Source: a virus
Lineage: Duplodnaviria > Caudoviricetes
Direction: 5' to 3' (one strand)
Virus record (IMG/VR): IMGVR_UViG_3300030380_002510
Span: 1-56,283 of that record
Length of the DNA stretch: 56,283 bases
Shown piece after piece: positions 37,226 through 51,600 of this stretch. The notes under the pieces were generated by a model. It had not been told where the DNA came from, ran no database searches, and worked only from the letters and a program-made list of their open reading frames with translations. The translations under genes were made by a program, and so were the position numbers. The stretch's first letter is position 1, and the number at the start of each line of letters is the position of its first letter.

Positions 37226-38257
37226 ATGGCATTATTAGCAACACTATCCTCTATGTCATCACTTGTTAGTGGTATTGGTCCGGCTTTTCAAATGATAGGT
37301 GATGTAGCAGGTAAAATATTCAAAGGTATAGGAGATTTTTTCAATAAGTTTTTTGTTGAACCTGCTAAGGCAGTATTTGATTGGTTAAAAGGTGCTTTTG
37401 AAACTCTAGGAGAACTAGCCGGTACTGCATTTGGTATCGTAGGAGATATATGGAATGCGGTAGTGGTAGAACCGATAAAATTTTTATTTGATTTAATAGA
37501 AACAGGGTTTGGGGTATTAGGTAGTATAGCCGAAGTAGCATTTACCGCAGTAGGAGTATTATGGGAAGAAAAAGTATTAGCCCCTGTAAAAACTATATTA
37601 GATGTAATATCTACTATTGCGGGTTTCTTAAAAGATGTATTTGTAGGTACTTTACAAATACTGTATGAAAATGTAGTCTTAAAAATGCTTGACCCGTTTA
37701 AGATTGTATTCGGAGTTTTAGGTGATATAAAAGATACAGTGAGTAATGTTTTTGATGGATTTAAACTTGGAGATGTATTTACATTAAAGTTTTGGAAAAA
37801 ACTCTTTGGTGGTATACTTAACATAGGTAAATCTATTCTTGGTGGCCTTATTGATTTGATTAAAGCACCTTTCAATATGTTAATTGGTGTTATCAATAGT
37901 ATTCTAAGTAAAATAAAATTTAAAATTAAAATACCTAAATGGGTTCCAAAAGTAGGAGGTAAATCTTTTGGTATAGACTTAGGTAAGATACAAATTCCTA
38001 TGTTAGCAAAAGGTGGTATAGTGAACAAACCAACTCTTGCTATGATTGGTGAAGATGGACCGGAAGCCGTTGTACCTCTCAATAAGAAAAATAACCCTAG
38101 CGGTGTAGGTATGGGTAGTACATTCAACATTACTGTAAATGCCGGAGGTATTACAGATAGAACAGACAAGAGAGCATTGGCTCGTGAAATAGGTAATATG
38201 ATTCAACAAGAAGTCGCTCGCTCTATTGGTGGTAGTACTCATAGGGGTAGGTTCTAA
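37226..38257 (+). CDS. Tape measure protein (short)
   Basis: Amphipathic helical repeats with periodic F/W. C-terminal LAKGGIVNKPTLAMIGEDGPEAVVPL, a common TMP C-terminal motif. Confidence 0.85.
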   Translation: MALLATLSSMSSLVSGIGPAFQMIGDVAGKIFKGIGDFFNKFFVEPAKAVFDWLKGAFETLGELAGTAFGIVGDIWNAVVVEPIKFLFDLIETGFGVLGSIAEVAFTAVGVLWEEKVLAPVKTILDVISTIAGFLKDVFVGTLQILYENVVLKMLDPFKIVFGVLGDIKDTVSNVFDGFKLGDVFTLKFWKKLFGGILNIGKSILGGLIDLIKAPFNMLIGVINSILSKIKFKIKIPKWVPKVGGKSFGIDLGKIQIPMLAKGGIVNKPTLAMIGEDGPEAVVPLNKKNNPSGVGMGSTFNITVNAGGITDRTDKRALAREIGNMIQQEVARSIGGSTHRGRF

Positions 38258-39687
38258 TGGCTAATATTCCTGTTAGGTTTGTTAGAGCCGATGGTAGAAC
38301 TATTCAATTACCTGTGACAACACTTACTTTAGATGTTGATAGAGGTACTATGGCTATGCCTTTACCGTTTTTAGGTAGTAGCAGACTTGGTGTAGATTTG
38401 AATTTATCTAAAGCAGTGATTTTGTTAGAAGGTGTATTTACTGATGATGATTTATTTAACATTGGTACACCGACAAGTTCAACCGCATTAATTGATTTTT
38501 CAAGAGCAGAAGAAGTACCCGGAAGTGGTATAAATGAAAACACAAGATTTGACAGTGAACGAGAAATAGAGATTATTTTAGATGGTAGAACTGTAGATGA
38601 TTTAACAGGTGTAAATACAGGTATAGTATTGAAAAGCACTGATGGAACTATTAAAACAATATATGGTACTAAAAGTAGTGTATCGCATAGTCTATCTACA
38701 TTCTTGGGTGTACCTGTATATCAATTTTCTATAGGCACTACAGACGGTATTCAAGAAGGTAATTTAGCGGCGGGTGGTAGTGGATATTCTATAGGAAATA
38801 ATATTGCTACCTCCGGTGGTGCAGGTTCAAATTGTAAAGTAAATATCACAGGTGTAAGTGGTAGTGGTGCAGTAACAAGTTTTACTATTGCTCACCCCGG
38901 TAAAAACTTTGCAGTGGGAAACACAATTACCATTAGCGGAGGTGGTGGTAATGCAACTTTTACTGTATCACAAATAGGCACTGCTTTAACTGCTACTCAA
39001 ATGGCTAAAAATTTAGTTGCTCTAATTAATGATGGTGCATTGAGTACACCTATTAATGAATACTCCGCATCTTTAGTATCTTCTCCGAGTAGTGGAGAAA
39101 GCGATGTAGCAGTAAAAATTACTCAAACTGTAGCAGGGGAAGATGGTGATACTGATACACCGGGTTTTTATGGTAATGCTTCCGGTTGGCCGTGGGTGTT
39201 TAAACCGAGGTTTGATACATTTGATGGTGGGTCAAGTGCAGAAGGTGTGTTTAGTGGTATGAGTGCAGGTGATAAAGTAATGTCTTTGTATGCTACACTT
39301 AACAATTCAAACAATCCGGGTATAGGTGCGGCTCTAACTGCTATGACAGGCGGTGGTATGACTAAAACGGGAATAGAAAAAGCAAATAACAAATATGGTG
39401 ATTATATCATGGGTATACAAGTACCATTTAATTCTAGTATAAATGCTACAGACGGTAGTAAATACAAACCTGTAAATTTCTTTATGCCTACAGGAGCATT
39501 TGAAACACAGGAAAGTAAAAGTGTAGATAATGCAGTATCGGCTTCTACTAAAGTAGACGACGCTAGTGATGGTGATAGTAGGGCTTTCATTAAAGGATTT
39601 GTCACTAAAGCAACATTTGTTCAAATAGGAGGTGAACCTGTATACACATTCAATATACAGTTTACACCTGCGAATATAATTCTATGA
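38257..39687 (+). CDS. Distal tail/hub-like protein with Gly-rich beta inserts
   Basis: Directly after the TMP. GVDLNLSKAVILLEGVFTDD N-terminal part, FIKGFVTKATF...YTFNIQF C-terminal part, GGSGYSIG insert. Confidence 0.6.
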   Translation: MANIPVRFVRADGRTIQLPVTTLTLDVDRGTMAMPLPFLGSSRLGVDLNLSKAVILLEGVFTDDDLFNIGTPTSSTALIDFSRAEEVPGSGINENTRFDSEREIEIILDGRTVDDLTGVNTGIVLKSTDGTIKTIYGTKSSVSHSLSTFLGVPVYQFSIGTTDGIQEGNLAAGGSGYSIGNNIATSGGAGSNCKVNITGVSGSGAVTSFTIAHPGKNFAVGNTITISGGGGNATFTVSQIGTALTATQMAKNLVALINDGALSTPINEYSASLVSSPSSGESDVAVKITQTVAGEDGDTDTPGFYGNASGWPWVFKPRFDTFDGGSSAEGVFSGMSAGDKVMSLYATLNNSNNPGIGAALTAMTGGGMTKTGIEKANNKYGDYIMGIQVPFNSSINATDGSKYKPVNFFMPTGAFETQESKSVDNAVSASTKVDDASDGDSRAFIKGFVTKATFVQIGGEPVYTFNIQFTPANIIL

Positions 39688-39696
39688 GGTGATTAA

Positions 39697-42600
39697 GTGG
39701 TAGCAATAGGTAGGTCAAGCCACGCTTTCTTTTTTGATGGCGTAAGTGATTCTATCATAATCCCTCAAGGTAGATTTACTAAACTCGGTGATACTACATC
39801 AGTAGGAACTAATCAAAACATAAGAAATCCATCGGAAATACTTAGTAAAACAGGTAAAGGTAAAGATGAAACTACATTAATCAATAGTCGTTTTGATGAG
39901 GCTTTTGCTATTGAAACATGGGTTGTACCGGACTGCGGTGGAGTAATTGCTGAAAGAGAAGGACAATTTAAATTAGAAATAGGTACTGTAGACACACCCG
40001 GACCTGCTAAATTTACCGTACATTTAGATACTAAAAACGGTACTAAAGTGTATACATTGACTACGGCTACTGCGTTAAACACTAGATGGAAGGGTATCGT
40101 TTTCCCCGAACAAGAAGTTGGGAGTATACATGACTCTTACAATAGATATGATTTATCTAATTATAATGATGCTACTAATTTAAATTTTAATCATAGGCCA
40201 CTTTATCATGTAGTAGGAGCAATAACACAAAATAGAATTAATCTTTATGTAAACGGTCAATTACTCGTATCTAACTATAAGCCTAAAAATTCTAAGATTA
40301 CTGATTCTACTGCTCATGTATATGTTGGTGGTAAGGGTGGTGATTTTAGAGGGGCAGTAGAATCTATTCACTTTGCTAACAGATTTGATGAACAAATTAT
40401 AACTCCTAATGTACCAATGGATAACGGTACTTCTACTACGGCTTTATATCGTTTTGAAGAACCTATAGATGTAATCAATAAAGAATATACAATTACTGCT
40501 TTAGGTAGTGATTCCGCCTCTCCTTATTCTGCGGCAACAGATGGTAGCACTACTACACTTACCATAGCCGCTACTGATGCTCAAAATTTAATTGCTAGAC
40601 TTACGGGTAAAGCGTTTGATAGTTCTAATGCCACAATAGATTTTACTAAACAACCCTACAGTATGGGTAATTATAACACATTCAATGATACTACTGATAC
40701 AACAAAATATGTTCCTCATGTACCGTATAATCTAATAATAAATCCCGGTGCAATAAATAGAGATACGCAAAAACCTAATCAATCTCCACCGGAAAGATTG
40801 CGTATACTTTCTATAAACGGAACTACAGGAGTAATAACCGTTAATAGTATTCATCTTGACTATGTAGTAGGCGATGCTTCCGGTTTAAGAGGTATCATAC
40901 ATTCAAGAACAGTAGATGTTGATGATTATTTTATCATAGTACCTGCGGATATATTGATTGATGTTGCTACAGGAAAACCCTTCCAACCACCACACATCAG
41001 TTCACAAATAATAGATAAAACCGGACAAATGATATTAGATGAAACTCTCAATGAACAACACGGTTTAGTTTACTCATCTCAAATGGCTACTACTGCTTCA
41101 CACCCTAACAACCCATTCGCAGTAATTTGGCCTACAGGTATTAATGAAAAATATCAAATCGGTCATAGCGGTAGACACAAGTTTTCTCATATTGAGGGTC
41201 ATGAATATATGAGAAGATTCCCAAAACCTACATCTCTTAAAATAGACCAAAAGATTACAGGTTCAGCAGATATAGTTGAAATGGATTATAGCAATACTGC
41301 TAAGGGTGTAGACCGACTATTTGTAAAAAATCAACTTGCTGATTTTTATGAGGAAAATGCTCAAACACCTGTGTCTGCTATAGTAAATAGTAGCACTGCT
41401 TCTCTAGTTATTACAAACGGATTAGTAGCAAATAAAGAAGAAATTATAGCAATAGATGTAGAAGACCATAGACCGTTTATGTTAAAAGGTCCAATACCGG
41501 AAATATATGACAGAACTACATTGTCTAAAGATGAAAGATATTATCATCTAAAACCGGAAACTGAAAGTAGAGTAGCACTTTTACATGTACCTACTTTGAG
41601 AACTACATATAATCTCGCTCCTTATGTAGAAGTATATTACAACGCTATAGACTTAACCGGAGATTCTATGCAAGCACAATCTACAAATCCTACTCCTATG
41701 TTAATGGTTGAAAAAACAGTTCCTAAAGGTAGTCTTGCATTATCTTCAACTGTTAAAGTATTAGATGTAATTAAAGCAGATTTAGCAAATGCTAATAAAG
41801 ATAGTACAATATTTTCACCGGGTGGTTTTATTGAACTATCTAGTGCAGTAGTAAACAATAATGAATATTTTTCTAAGACTAATAGTTTAATTGGTGATAA
41901 TACAGGTGGGGCAGAATATGACCTTGAGTTAAATTTCAATACAACTCCTAGAAAAGAAGACTTTAGCGCAGGTTATACACCACCGGCTAATGCAAATGCT
42001 CAACCTGCTACTCCACCACAAGTAGTCGCTTCTTCGCATAACAAAAGCACCCACCCATCTGTATATCACAAATTATGTATTGAGCCTACTTCCGTAGATT
42101 CTATTTCTTCGTTAAGTGATTTAGGAAATAAACAGTTTAAGAAAACGGTTGAAACATCTAATAGCGGTGCGGGTGTATTTGATAAAGGAGGGGTGAATCA
42201 AGGTAGCCCTATATTTGAAATGTTTGATATTATAGACAACATTTACATCGGGTCAAAACAAACATCAGCAAGAATATACATTCAACCATCAAACAAAAGT
42301 AGAACAAATCAACTTCAAAAAATGCGTGATGGTGTTATAAAAGGTAAAACGCCTAACATCATGTCATTGTATTTCTTAATGAGTAGAACAAGAATAAGGT
42401 CTGTAAAACAAATAGATGACACTGAAAGTAATTCTGTAATTACACAAATTACTGCTACAGGAATAGCAGAAGAAGCGATAAATGAAAATGTATCTTTGGT
42501 AGGTAGCGGTTCTCCCGATTCTCATATTGTAAAAGAAATAGAACCTAACGCACCTGTAGTTTCTGTCACATTAGGCGGTCCGGGTCAAGGTGCTATCAAC

Positions 42601-45600
42601 ACTAAACCTACATACGACCCAAGCCCATTAATGCGTTTACCGGGTTCTACAAGAAGAAATTGTGCCGTAAAAGCGGTATCGGTATGTACCCTTGATACTG
42701 CTAAAACAATGTCTGTACAACCGTTGAATAATAACTCGGAGGACATAAAATCTTGGGGTACATACGCATTTGCTAAGAAAGGTAGGATATTTTTGTCCGA
42801 TGGGGCTAACGCTGAATATAGCGGTAAAGTTGGAGCAGGGTTTTTCTTTGATGATGCAAATGCTATTTCACAAAGAAAATATGTTTCAAGTAGCGGAGAT
42901 TTATTCTCATCATTTAACGATTGGTGTTTAGGTGTAGATTTAATTTCTAATCAAACTAAAGGTACACATAGTGTTAATGAAACTATCTTTAATGATTTAG
43001 ACTTTGGTTATGAAAACTTATGTGAAGATGGAAGTACAGTAAACGATAGATTATTTCAAACTGTAGAAGATGTAGTGCATGATTATCAATTAGGTACTCA
43101 ATATGCAAGTACTCGTGCGATGGTAGAGATACCTGTATTCCCACAACAATTCTTTGACTCACAAGCAGATGGTATATTCCCCGGACCGGATAACAGTATG
43201 AAGTTGCACTTAGATGCTACTTATACCGCACATACATGGAATCCTTCACCTGTAGGTAGGAGAGTAGATGATATACCACCTAATGATAGAGAAGCAAATT
43301 CAGCATATAGTGACAATGTTGAAGATAAAAAGTATTTTACAAGTACATATATTACTCAAATTATAGAAGATGGTAATTTCTTACAATTACATGTAGAAGA
43401 TGTAAATATATTTCCTAAAACTTTAGGACCATTAGATATGAATAATTTTAAGAATGTGGTTTCTAATCATAGATTATTTATTGAAGATGAATGGGTTTAC
43501 TATACTAATAACCCTATTACTGATGGTTATGTTAAAATCTACAACAAACCTTCTACTATAGGTAATGGTGGTTTTCATGGATTTAACACAAAAGAACTAT
43601 TTGAAAAACTAACAGTAGGTTGTAAGGTTTCAGTAGGTGTATCTAATCCTTCACTTAAGTCAATTAATTCCGATATTACTACTCAATCTTCGGATTATGA
43701 AAACCGTTCAGCCTATTACCACGACACCGGAAATGTACAAACTCAAGGTGGTAATCTTGACTACGGACTACGCCAATATGTAAGTGCAGTAGAGTTCAAA
43801 GCCGGTCCACTTTCTAATCCACACGCCCCTCGTACTAAAAATAAAAGAGCCAAAGCAACTATCATACAAGGTAAACAAATGACAGGACAGATTTATGCTT
43901 TAGAATTAGATGATGTAGAACATTTTATTGATACTAATTATACTTTAGATAATAGCGGTAATCCCATTGTAGGTACAGGTGATTTGTTAGTAATTGGTAA
44001 AGTTTTATCACCAACACCTGTAGAAGTATTGTACTTAGGTACTCAATTTAACAGTCAATTTTCTTTGAATACAACTAATAATAATACAATTTTAGTGCAG
44101 TTTGGTACAGGTGTCACAGTACCAAGTTTAGCAGGTGTAGAGTTTAGATTAGAAAAAGTTGGTAGAAGCCATCTTGCTCTATCTAATATAGCACAAGTCA
44201 CAACAAATGAATTAACCGTAAGTACATTTAGACCTACTGTTACTAATGAAATATGGTCTTTTGTAGGAACTACATCTGCTACTTCTACTACAAGATTAGA
44301 GATAGACTGTGCTAGTGCTACTCGTTCTCCTGTTGCTAATACTATAGGACTTAATTTAAGACCCGGTGATATGATTTACAGGGAAAGAGGAAACAGTATT
44401 GATTATGTAGGAACAGTAGCACTTGTACAATCACATCATAATAAATTGTTTCAAGATGATACTTGTGATACTACCAATGCTGATGCTACTATATCAATGG
44501 ATTCTACTGCATTATTACAAATAGGTATGGGGGTAAGCGGTGCGGGTATACCCGGAGGGGCTACTGTATTATCCATTACTACTCCTACTACTTTTGAATT
44601 ATCCGCTAATGCAACTGCAAATAATATAGATACTTCTCTTACATTTACTTATAATAACAATAAAACTACTGTACTTTTAGCCGCCAATAACGCAGTAGCA
44701 TTAGCCGCTACTGATAAAGTAAGAATAGGTATAAACTCAATAGTTGCTAATGATGGAGATGCAATACTCAACAAGTCTTGGTGCAATCCTTATGCCGCAG
44801 GTGGACTAAGAAACGGAGATACCATTTGGTGTAATATGACTATGAATAACGCCCATGCAGTAGAGGGATTATTTGCTAAAAGCCGTGGTGTGTTTAATGA
44901 AGCACAGGTATACAAAGCATTCAACGGTGGAGAAGGTCAATTAACAAATAGACCTCGTGATTCTATACCACTTGAAAACTTTTTGATTGGTGATAACTGT
45001 TTAGAAACCGCAATTAACTTTGCTCAACATGTAAACAAAACTGTAGAGTTAAATTATGAAGCGATGGGATTAACAGGTAATGGATTACACAATACACCTA
45101 TTGCTCCTACAGTTGCTTACATTGACCCATATCTTTCTTCCGATGGACACGCTCGTGTTTTGTTATACGATGTAGCACACGATAGAGAATTTATTTCATT
45201 CCATGATATACACATGCAAGTGCAAACTAGCCCTGCTACACCTGTAATTGGACACACAAGAAACCTTGCTACAAAAGATGGATATTATCAATTAGATAAT
45301 GTATTATCACAAATAAACGGTGGTGCGCCTCATTATCTTACAACTCAAATAGATGTAGCAAATGGCTTCCCATCGGAAAACAGATACCTAAGAAGCACCC
45401 AACAATCTAAATTTATTGAAAGTGCTTATGCACATAATATTGCTAATCAAACTTCTAATGATTTATACCCCGCCGCAGTTACGGATAATCCTGTAGCCGA
45501 TTTTATTATGGAAAATCCATTGAAAAATTTTAGTGGTGCTTCTATCACTGACATAGAAAATGAACACTACATGGGTAAAGGACACGGACATATAGTACAC

Positions 45601-48600
45601 AGTGGTCTTTATCATGAATCTGTAGGTACTAACTTTCACATAGCCGACAGTGTGTTACCTCGTGTAGAACCTGCTACTCAATCCTCGTTTTATGCTAATA
45701 AAAAACATAATCAATTAAGAGTAAACAAAGGAGATACAAGAATACTTCCTATGGTAAGAGTACTCAAAGCACATAGAAGGGCGCAAGGGTTTAGTACTTT
45801 TACATTTAAAGATAGTAGCACATTCTTTGATACACCCGATGGTACAAGAGTAATTTCAGCATTTTTGTGTTTGAAGGGTATTCGTAATGAAGAATTAAAT
45901 TTAATTAATCATAAAGAGTTTAGATTACATGTATTACCTCAATGGAAAAACATGGATTATATTCGCCGTCAAACAATTGACTTTGGTGAAGTTGGAGTTA
46001 AAGAGGGTGTTACAGATATTGAGGCGGCGGCAAGAGAAATTGTCCGTATGATAAATCAAGGCGGAGCAAAGAATGGTAGAACACACGCTCGTAGACCATC
46101 TCATCAATATCCCGGTGAAAGTGAAAGAATGGACTTAACTCGTATTGGTGTAAGAGAAGATATAAACAATCCTAACAAAGACCCTGCGAGCGCACATATA
46201 AACGCTGATTTTGCCGCTACAGGTTCAACACACGACCCTGCTCCGTTTTGGTCTGTAGAACACGCTACTACATCTCAAGATAGAGGTAGCCACATGGGTT
46301 ATATTAGAGCGCATATTGGTAGAGTTGTAGAGGATATTAACGGTGTTGAAGGTTTTACTGTAGTTATACATTCTACTGTACCCGGTGCTAGTGGTCGCAA
46401 TTTCTGTGCTTGGTTAGATAACAGTAAGGGTCAATCATCATATCAACCACAATTCTTAGTAGGTCATGGTGGCCGATTTAGAAACTTTTGGTGTCAGCAA
46501 GATGAAGTAATGGGTGAAAATATGCACCCTGCACCTATGCCTCTTAATAAACACGGTAGGCCGTTTGCACCTATTACTACGCTTAGAGAAATGGTGAAAT
46601 CGGAAAACAGTATTGATGATGTAAAAAGTAATCACGATTATATTTCAAGATTAAATGATGATGATAAAGCAAGAGTTTTATCTTCTCATGTTGGTAGTGG
46701 TGGTTTTAGTAATACAATATTTGATGAATCATTTGAAGCACAAAGTCAATCTTTGACTCTTGTAGAAGGACTTAGAGTAGGTACAAGACCTGTAGGTAGA
46801 ATTAACTTTGGTGGTTTAGTTGCTACAGGTATACCCGGTTTCTCACCTATAGTGGGGCAGTTTGGTTGTGGTGCAAAAGGCGATAGTTCATTTGACAGTC
46901 TTTACGGTAAAACTACTCATAGTTATGGTGGATATATAGATGGTTCTTTAATCAATGCAAGTAAGATAGGTGATTCTAATTTATACGGAGTTAAACTTAC
47001 AGACCATAGAGGTAAGTCGTATGGTGTAAGATATGTTTACAAGAGAATAGGAGATAACTTTACCAATGATAATACTTTAATTCCCAATTCTTTAGATAAT
47101 GAAATAGGTATTTTCTTTGATGATAGAGATGTTTCACAAGGTGGATTCTCATTAGGAAATCACATAATAGGTAGTGGAGATACTACAGGGCAAATTACAG
47201 ATACATCAATATTGTCTAAAGTGAATTACAAAGGCAACCGTTGGAGAGGTGTATATGCTCCCGATTCTTTGATTAACGCATCTGTAAAATGGGAGTCTAC
47301 AACAGATACTTTAACTGTTAAATTTTATACAGATAGTATTTTTGGTAATACTTTTTCCGGCACAGGTTTAGAAAGTGTTGAAGATATACTAGGGTATTTA
47401 GGATTTCCAAAAGAAAACGGAGTTATACAACTTAACGATACATTTACCGGCACTACTGCTAAAGGTAGTTTAGGTAATACATTATCATATACAACTCGTA
47501 CACAAGAAAACGCTCATGCTTCAAGAACACATGTGTTTTATGGGGTTAAAGGTAGTGCTTTTACTGCTTCTCATACAGTAGCGGGTACGGGTATAGTATC
47601 TACAAGTGCGGGTATAACAGATACGGCTAATGCACACCCTAACCCTACAGGTGAATACGCTTATGTGTTAATATCATCTCGTATGAATTGGACTACATTA
47701 CTTACTGATGAGGTAATGGCGGCGGCTACAGAAGCGGCAATAAATTTAGTTGATGTAAACAAAGAGGAAGGGGTATCATTTGATTGTACAGATATGCTTG
47801 CCGCCGATGGTCGTACATTGGGAGAATGGGGAGTAAGCCCCGATGCAATTAAATTAAGAGCGTTTAATCCTAATCAAAATATTATGCCTATTTCTACTAT
47901 GTTTAATGCTACACTTCACAAAGATAAAGGAATTGAAGCCGCACATGCTGAATACGGTTTATACAGTTCATTTAATCAAGGTGGTACTATAACCGGATTA
48001 TCAATTAAAACTGCCGGTAGTGGGTATTTTCCGTCTACAGGTGTTGCTGAAAATGTTGTAGCGAGCATACCTGCTATAAGTAGTGGATTTTTCGGTAGTA
48101 GTAGTTCTGCTAGTACAGGCGCAATAGATATTGTATCTGTGGGTGGCGGTGGTAATGTCACAAGTGTTGTAATAGTAAATGGTGGTCAAGGTTTCCGTGT
48201 AGGAGATGAAATTGATTTAACACAACAACCTTTTGGTAGTAATGGTAATGATGATTGTACTGTGGTTGTGACAAGCGTTAGTGGGTCTTTAGGTGGACAA
48301 ATTTTCAGCACTAATGCAGATAATAAACCACTTAGTGATGCTGATTTATTACTCAACAAGCAAGTATTCTGTGGTTATGTACCTAAGACTGTATTACAAA
48401 TAGAATCTAAAGGTCGTGGATTTCATGCTAATACTCCTACCCCTGTGCTTGTGGATTCTACAAACGCACCAATTGATACTTCTGTTTGGGCTAAAAATTT
48501 GAAGGGGGTAAATTATACAAGAAGTAGAGGCGACCATATTATACCTTGTATAAATGAATTAAGTTTTGGTTCTAATACAAATTTACAAAGAAAAAGTAGT

Positions 48601-51600
48601 ATAGCCACTATATCTACTACTACTAATAATGTAGTAGCCGGTACAGGATTTGTTAAAAATGCTATTTACTCTACAGGTGCTAAAGGTGCAGTGCTAAGTG
48701 CTAATGCCGCAACACAAGCCGGTAGTGGTTTTAATGCGGGAGGTGTGTTTAATGTATTTGGTGGTTCGGGTAAAGGAATGAAATTAAATCTCCCTAGTGG
48801 TGGTCCTAGTATACCGGCAGACATAGGTACTGCTTCTAATTTCACTGCATATAAATTAGACTTCGGAGAAGGGTATGTAGTAGGTGATGCTTTACACATA
48901 GAAAACGATAATACATTTAATGCAGGTAGTCCTACAGGTAGTGCTACTGCTATGAAATTTACCGTAGCAAGTGTAAGTTCCGGTGAAGGGGCAAAAATTA
49001 AAGTCACAGTTGTTAATGGTGAAGGTGGTATTACCGGCGCACAAGCCGTTGATAGAGGGAAAAACTTTGTAGATGAAGATTACATAAGAGTATTACCTGT
49101 TGAAGATGGTAAAGAAGTAGCGATGATACGAGTTAGTAATATAGCCAATGCTTCTATTTCTACAGATTTTGTATTTACACATGATAGAAGATTACATGCT
49201 ACATTAGTACCTCAATCTCTTGATGATAATACACAATTTACTCGCTTTAAATCTGTAGGAGAAAGAGGTACTTTTTACATTGGTAAGGATAAATCGGCAG
49301 TATTTAGAAGTGATGGTACAAATCTTTTACCGATAGTGCAAAATGAAGAATTTATAAATTTCTTTGAAAGTAATAATTTTAAAGATAGAACTGTCATGAT
49401 GACAAGAAACCCTAATCATCAAATCAACGGAAGAAGATTCTATGGTAGCGTAGACTCCGAGCCTATAGTTTTCTTTAGAGGTGCTAAAGATAGCGTAGAC
49501 CACACCGTACCACTTTACTTCGGTGGTGGTTTTAGTGGTGTGACAATAGACATTAACGATGGTACACAAAATGATTATTCTTCATTTTATACTCATCCTT
49601 ACTCAAATGGTCCTACGGGTACTACGGGTATACAACATGCAAATGAGATAAGCACATCGTTTGCTACAATAGACTGTAATGCTCTATTCGCTTTCTTCCC
49701 CGGTGCGGCGTTAGTAAATCAAAATAGAGGTTCTTTAAATCCACCTGCTTACAACAAAGATAACATACTTAGCCCCGATGTAATGGCCGGTGCTTTAGGA
49801 AATAACGGTAGTGTATTCAGTTGGATTAATAGTAAATATTCGGCAGGTGTAGTAAGACAAAAACCTACACCTTTAATTTTACAATTTGCTCATCCCACTG
49901 CTCGTTATGAAGATTATTCAAATCAAACTGATGTAAATAATCCTAGTGCATTGAGGCATCAAGATGTACCTAAAGTAGAAAACAAAACAATGTACATAAT
50001 CTATGGTCCGGGTCAAGCGATACCATTTTCCGAGAGTACACATAATATAGCCGGTGGTTCTTTCCCTACCAATACACAAGAACCACACCCCGGTACTGTT
50101 GTCACAGTAGGTAATACATGGAGTAAAGTTCCTTACAATATGAATTTACCAAATGCGCTTACTAACGATGTAAATGTATTTGCGCCCCCAACTAAAACAT
50201 TTCAAGTAAACAGACATGCGTATCATTACAAAGTACCTACAGGTCATGCTCTTAATTGGTCCCCACCTGCCGGTATACCTAATGTTGGTAGACTAGAACA
50301 AAGACCGGAGCATGGTTATCATTTTGGTGAACATTTTAACAATCCAAGAAGCGGTAAAATTACTGCTACAAACTCAAGTGAATATTTCAAAGCGCACCCA
50401 TACAAACATTCTGCTATGATGTATTTCGGTATTGCTATGTCTGCTGATATGACATGGCACATGGATGGAGGTTATCACCCCGGAGGTCATTGGTTAGACA
50501 ATCAAGTAGCGGTTAATTTCAAAAATCATACATCGGGTGCATTTGTAGCAAAATGGGGTAGTACACCCGTACACCCAACTGCCTTCCGAGTTTCTTCTAA
50601 ATTGTGTAAAGAAAATATAGATAGGGGTAGATTAACCGGAGCGTTAGGTAATCCTGTAGATGGTAGCACTACTAGGGCGGCTGATGATTATATTATTGTA
50701 GATGCTACAAGGTGTCAAAACGGAGAAGAGTTAGCGACTATCATCGGTCAAGCAATTAACGAAAATCCCGGTAAAGGCGCACTAAAGGCTCTTGGTGGCA
50801 CATTTATGCCGTCTATGGGTAATGCAAACCGTCAAGATAGGTACGGTTGGACTGAATTGACATATGAAAGTTATCAAGTTAATGGTGATATTGTCGGAGA
50901 TGGGTTTAGTAATTTACCAATTAATCACGGAGAATATTTTGGAGATGGTACTCATTCTCATCTTAGTGATTTAGTAGTTTCAGTCACGGCATCAATAAGT
51001 GGAAATGCTCAAAGTGTGTTAGAACAATTACCCGCTTGTGGTTGGATAAGAACAGACACAGGTGGTAGGGATTTCTTTGCTACAGGTGGTAATATGGGTC
51101 AAATACCCGCCTTTGCACCTTATCATTCTCGTGAAGTATATCTTCATTCAGCAGGTAATTATAGAGTAAGATTTTATCTTGCACCAAATAGAATAAGCGG
51201 TTTACCTTTCTTTGAAGATGGTTATTCTTTCTATAATAAATGTCAAGGCGCATCGGGTATATCATTCCCTCCTATTCAACACAGTTCAATAGGAGGTGCA
51301 ATTGTCACAGTAAACGGTGGTACAAAAGCAACACAAGAATGTACTAAGATATTTGTATGGAGTAAAGCCGGTGTACATCGTTTCAACAATGAAAATGAGG
51401 CAACTCGTGACCACATGACACAGGTACACTTTAGCGGTCTTGTAGATGCAATAGACAGAACAAGACCTGTAGGTGCAGTAGGTTGGGCGGGAGAAAGATA
51501 TTCTTATCTCAATTCATTAAAAGTAGAAACAGATGGTGGAGGGAATAAACTCTACGCCGCAGGTTTAGGTGCTTGGTATCAAAAGTTAGGTTTCTCACCA

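Noticed and set aside
37288-38169. Minus-strand 293-aa ORF
   Set aside because: Antisense shadow of the tape measure gene.
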